Of a stretch of DNA of 18,815 nucleotides, positions 15,817 to 18,815 are shown in pieces. The stretch covers positions 959,856-978,670 of the forward strand of contig JAWQFM010000019.1 in NCBI GenBank assembly GCA_033442325.1, written 5' to 3'. The position numbers and the translations under genes are program-made. The notes under the pieces were generated by a model. That model did no database searches, was not told the DNA's origin, and was given only the letters and a program-made list of their open reading frames with translations. Every line of letters starts with the position of its first letter. Position 1 is the stretch's first letter. Origin of the DNA: Salpingoeca rosetta. Its lineage: Eukaryota; Protista; Choanoflagellata.

Positions 15817-16417
15817 TGCTGTGGATTGTGTATGTGTATGCGTGTGTGTTTGCATTTGTGTATGTTCTTCAACACACCCGCAGCTGTGCGCTTCTGACGT
15901 TGTGACCCACCACCTCTGCGTTTCGTGTACATTTACGCACACTCACATTCACGTTCACATGCACACATGCACGCTCACATGCCCCACACACGCTCACATG
16001 CCCCACACACATACGCATGCACATATGCGCCGCAAACAGCTTGACAATCGGGATGCGAACACGGCCAACGGTGTCGGTGTTGTCTTTGCGACAGAGGACA
16101 ACAACGAGGAGGCGAGCAAGTGGTTCAGGTGCGCTGGCAATGGATGGTGGTGGTAATGGATGGTCGTGGTAATTGCACGCTTGTGTATATGCACGGATGG
16201 ACGCTGAGCCAGTTGGCAGTAATACATTCCATGAAACGTCACAGACACACATACGCACACATACACACATGCACACACACACGCACGTATCGCAACACCA
16301 GGCGCGCCGTGGATCTGAACCCCGACTACTCCAAGGCGCACTTCAATCTGGGAACAGCGCTCTTTCACCTTAAGCGATATGTACGCGCTGCACGCGACAT
16401 GTGTTTTGGGCGCGCGC

Positions 16418-16492
<75 letters not shown>

Positions 16493-16955
16493 CTGCTGCT
16501 TTTGGGGAAGCGCGGGCGGTTTGGCTTCATGATGACGCGCTCTCGCTAAGATGGTTGCGGCGACCTCCTTTTCATGTGCTCACGCTCCAGTGACACAATC
16601 ACATACACTCATACAAACACACACACACACTCATACAAACACACACCACACACTCGCTCCTCTCCACCGGTTTGTGCTTGCCGTCAGGACGAGTGCCTGC
16701 ATCACCTGCGTGAGGCTGTGCGAAGTGATCCATCATCCCCCGACGCCCGCAAGCAGCTCCAGGTCAGGGGTTGGTGTGAGAGGTGGAAGGGGGGAGGGAT
16801 GGACCTGATGGAAGATGGAGCTCGTGATAGCTACACACACACACACACACACAATCACACACACAATCACACACACACAATCACACACACACACACAGAG
16901 CATATCCGAATGGCTGGAGAAGCAGAGCCGCAACGCCGCCAAGACACTGGTGTAG
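12401..16955 (+). CDS. TMTC: TMTC-family protein O-mannosyltransferase (GT-C membrane domain, DUF1736, TPR repeats); multi-exon, start uncertain
   Basis: Approximate exons: ..12606, 12878-13124, 13344-13417, 13694-14385, 14637-14793, 15006-~15155, ~15232-15372, 15597-15752, 16040-16128, 16302-16380, 16688-16762, 16899-16955 (TAG). Motifs: [87 protein letters not shown], and TPRs such as [19 protein letters not shown]. Confidence 0.92.
12607..12829. repeat. (GT)n/(GCGT)n intronic microsatellite
   Basis: Starts at the TMTC donor site. Similar tracts occur at 9334-9461, 10735-10806, 11282-11390, 13535-13675, 15389-15452, 16421-16490, 17150-17231 and 18722-18815. Confidence 0.9.
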
Positions 16956-17148
16956 GCAGCCTGCATAATATATTTGTGTGCACGTATATAACCGAGAGAG
17001 AGAGAGAGAGACAAGGGGTGTGTGCATGAAACACTGTGCTTTTTATTGCTTGCTTGGTGCCCAAGGCTGTCGCGTAACTATTGGAATGACTGACATGAAC
17101 GCAATGGAGTGTGTGAGTGTGAGTGTGAGTGTGTGTGTGAGTAAGCGT

Positions 17149-17232
<84 letters not shown>

Positions 17233-17653
17233 GCGCCCAACATCATTGCGACTGAATTCAGTCGTCAAGCCAAAACACGCCACACAACACGAATTGCGCA
17301 CCTCCAACCAACAGCTCTCTCTCTCTCTTCCTCCTCACAATATTGCCACGCTGCTCCAACGACACAACGAACCAGCTCGCCAACTGCAATCCCCACTCCC
17401 TCCCTGTCCATCGCTCCCCATCGATTGATCGGTGGTGTTATTGCCACCCACAGGTGTACTGCATTGGGCTGGCTGAACAAGTGGCTGCCCCCCCACGCAC
17501 ACACGATCAAAACACAATTGCGGGTCTTCCTTCGCCTGTGGTCGTTGCGCGCTGCTTTGTTGTTTGTGTTTTGTGAGCTTTTGGTTGACTCACAAATCAC
17601 ACATTCGTTTGAGTCGACGGTTGGTTGCTTGGTCGGTTGGCCATTGACAAGCC

Positions 17654-18399
17654 ATGATGCGGGTGGCCACGGCGACGGCCGCAATAGCGGTTGTCATGCT
17701 GGTGACTGTCTTGAGCGGTGCCCAGTCGCTGAACCTGCTGAACCAGTTTGTGCCGCACACCGAGAACGACATTGAAGGGTTCACACTTTTCTCCTCCAGC
17801 TCCAACGAAGGCGCAGAGAAGTGCGCCCAGCTCTGCCTTGCTAACGACGAGGTGAGCTGTCCTTCACATGCGCCTGCGACAACCACGGACCTCTGTTTGG
17901 GTTGTTGCCACTTGCTTGACGTGTTTACTTGCTTGTTGTATTGCTTGTGTGTTTCGTTCCTGGCCATCGCGTCCTGTTTTGAAACGAGCCATCACTTCTG
18001 CGTATTGGGACGCCCTCGCTTGCTTGCTTGCTGGCTTGCTTCCTTTGTCTTGTATTTGGTGCATCTTGTGGGTCATGGCTTCCCTTCACTCACACGCACC
18101 TAAACAAACAAACTAACAAACAAATGACATACAAACAAACAAACATACAAACAACAAACAAACACGCGTGCACCCTGCTACTCGCGTTTGCAGTGCAAGT
18201 CCTTCACGTTGTCCGGCGCGAGCTGCTACTACAAGAATGTGACCATTGCAGAGGCTGGCTCGGCCTATGTGACCAACCCAGACGCGCGTCTCTACGAGCG
18301 CCCTCGTGAGTGCTGACGAACCCGAACCGCTGTTGCAGATCAGAGCGTATGCTTTTGTGAATATGCCTGTGTTGTGCGTGTGTGTGTGTATGTGTGGAT

Positions 18400-18435
<36 letters not shown>

Positions 18436-18700
18436 TGTGTGTGTGTGTGTGTGTGTGTGTGCTGCTCAAGTCCACTCGCCACACCCCCTCCACCAACCTG
18501 TGGTTGTTAACATCCGACACACATATACACACACACACACTTGTGTCGACGACTTCTCACCAGAGACGAGCCCGCCATCGCATGCCACTTGCGGCACTGG
18601 AGAGTTTGCCGCGCACGCGAACCACCCGAGCTGGACGCCGATTCGCTTCTTCAACGGCGAGGGCGACTGCGCATGGCGTATCACCGACGAGGGATACAAG
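17654..18700 (+). CDS. Secreted or cell-surface protein with N-terminal PAN/apple domain; 3' partial
   Basis: Signal peptide MMRVATATAAIAVVMLVTVLSGAQS. Phase-consistent exons 17654-17851, 18194-18305, 18564-18700 give NDIEG...EKCAQLCLANDE|CKSFTLSGASCYYK...LYER, the PAN Cys pattern. The gene continues beyond the window. Confidence 0.8.
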
Positions 18701-18766
18701 GTGCGCCTCCAGCAGCTGTTTTGTGTGTGTGTGTGTGCGTGTGTGTGTGTGTGTGTGTGTGCGCGT

Positions 18767-18815
<49 letters not shown>

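Noticed and set aside
18564-18700. CUB domain call from the DCAWRI motif
   Set aside because: The sequence is too short and the rest of the CUB pattern is not visible in the window.

Overview
This is intron-rich eukaryotic DNA, dense in microsatellites, with three assembly gaps (2166-2344, 5542-5901, 8698-9333). Its style and gene content suggest a choanoflagellate such as Salpingoeca rosetta, which is an inference. From left to right it holds: (1) the 5' end of a Ty1/copia element (putative LTR end, half-tRNA-type PBS, gag), cut at 1219/1220 by (2) a Ty3/gypsy element (243-bp LTR, tRNA-iMet PBS, frameshifted gag, open PR-RT-RH-IN pol). The gypsy 3' LTR ends inside (3) a truncated Hedgehog-type Hint (Hog) module on the minus strand. 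Next come (4) a multi-exon, secreted, Thr-rich Hoglet-like gene ending in a second, paralogous Hint+SRR module, (5) a divergently transcribed TMTC-family O-mannosyltransferase, and (6) the start of a secreted PAN/apple-domain gene. The most interesting signals are: tandem Hog modules with non-canonical catalytic residues and an unrecognised 4-Cys domain in front of the cleavage site; a copia PBS matching the anticodon arm of elongator tRNA-Met; a TSD-less LTR junction; and strand-polarised (GT)n...(AC)n intron architecture.
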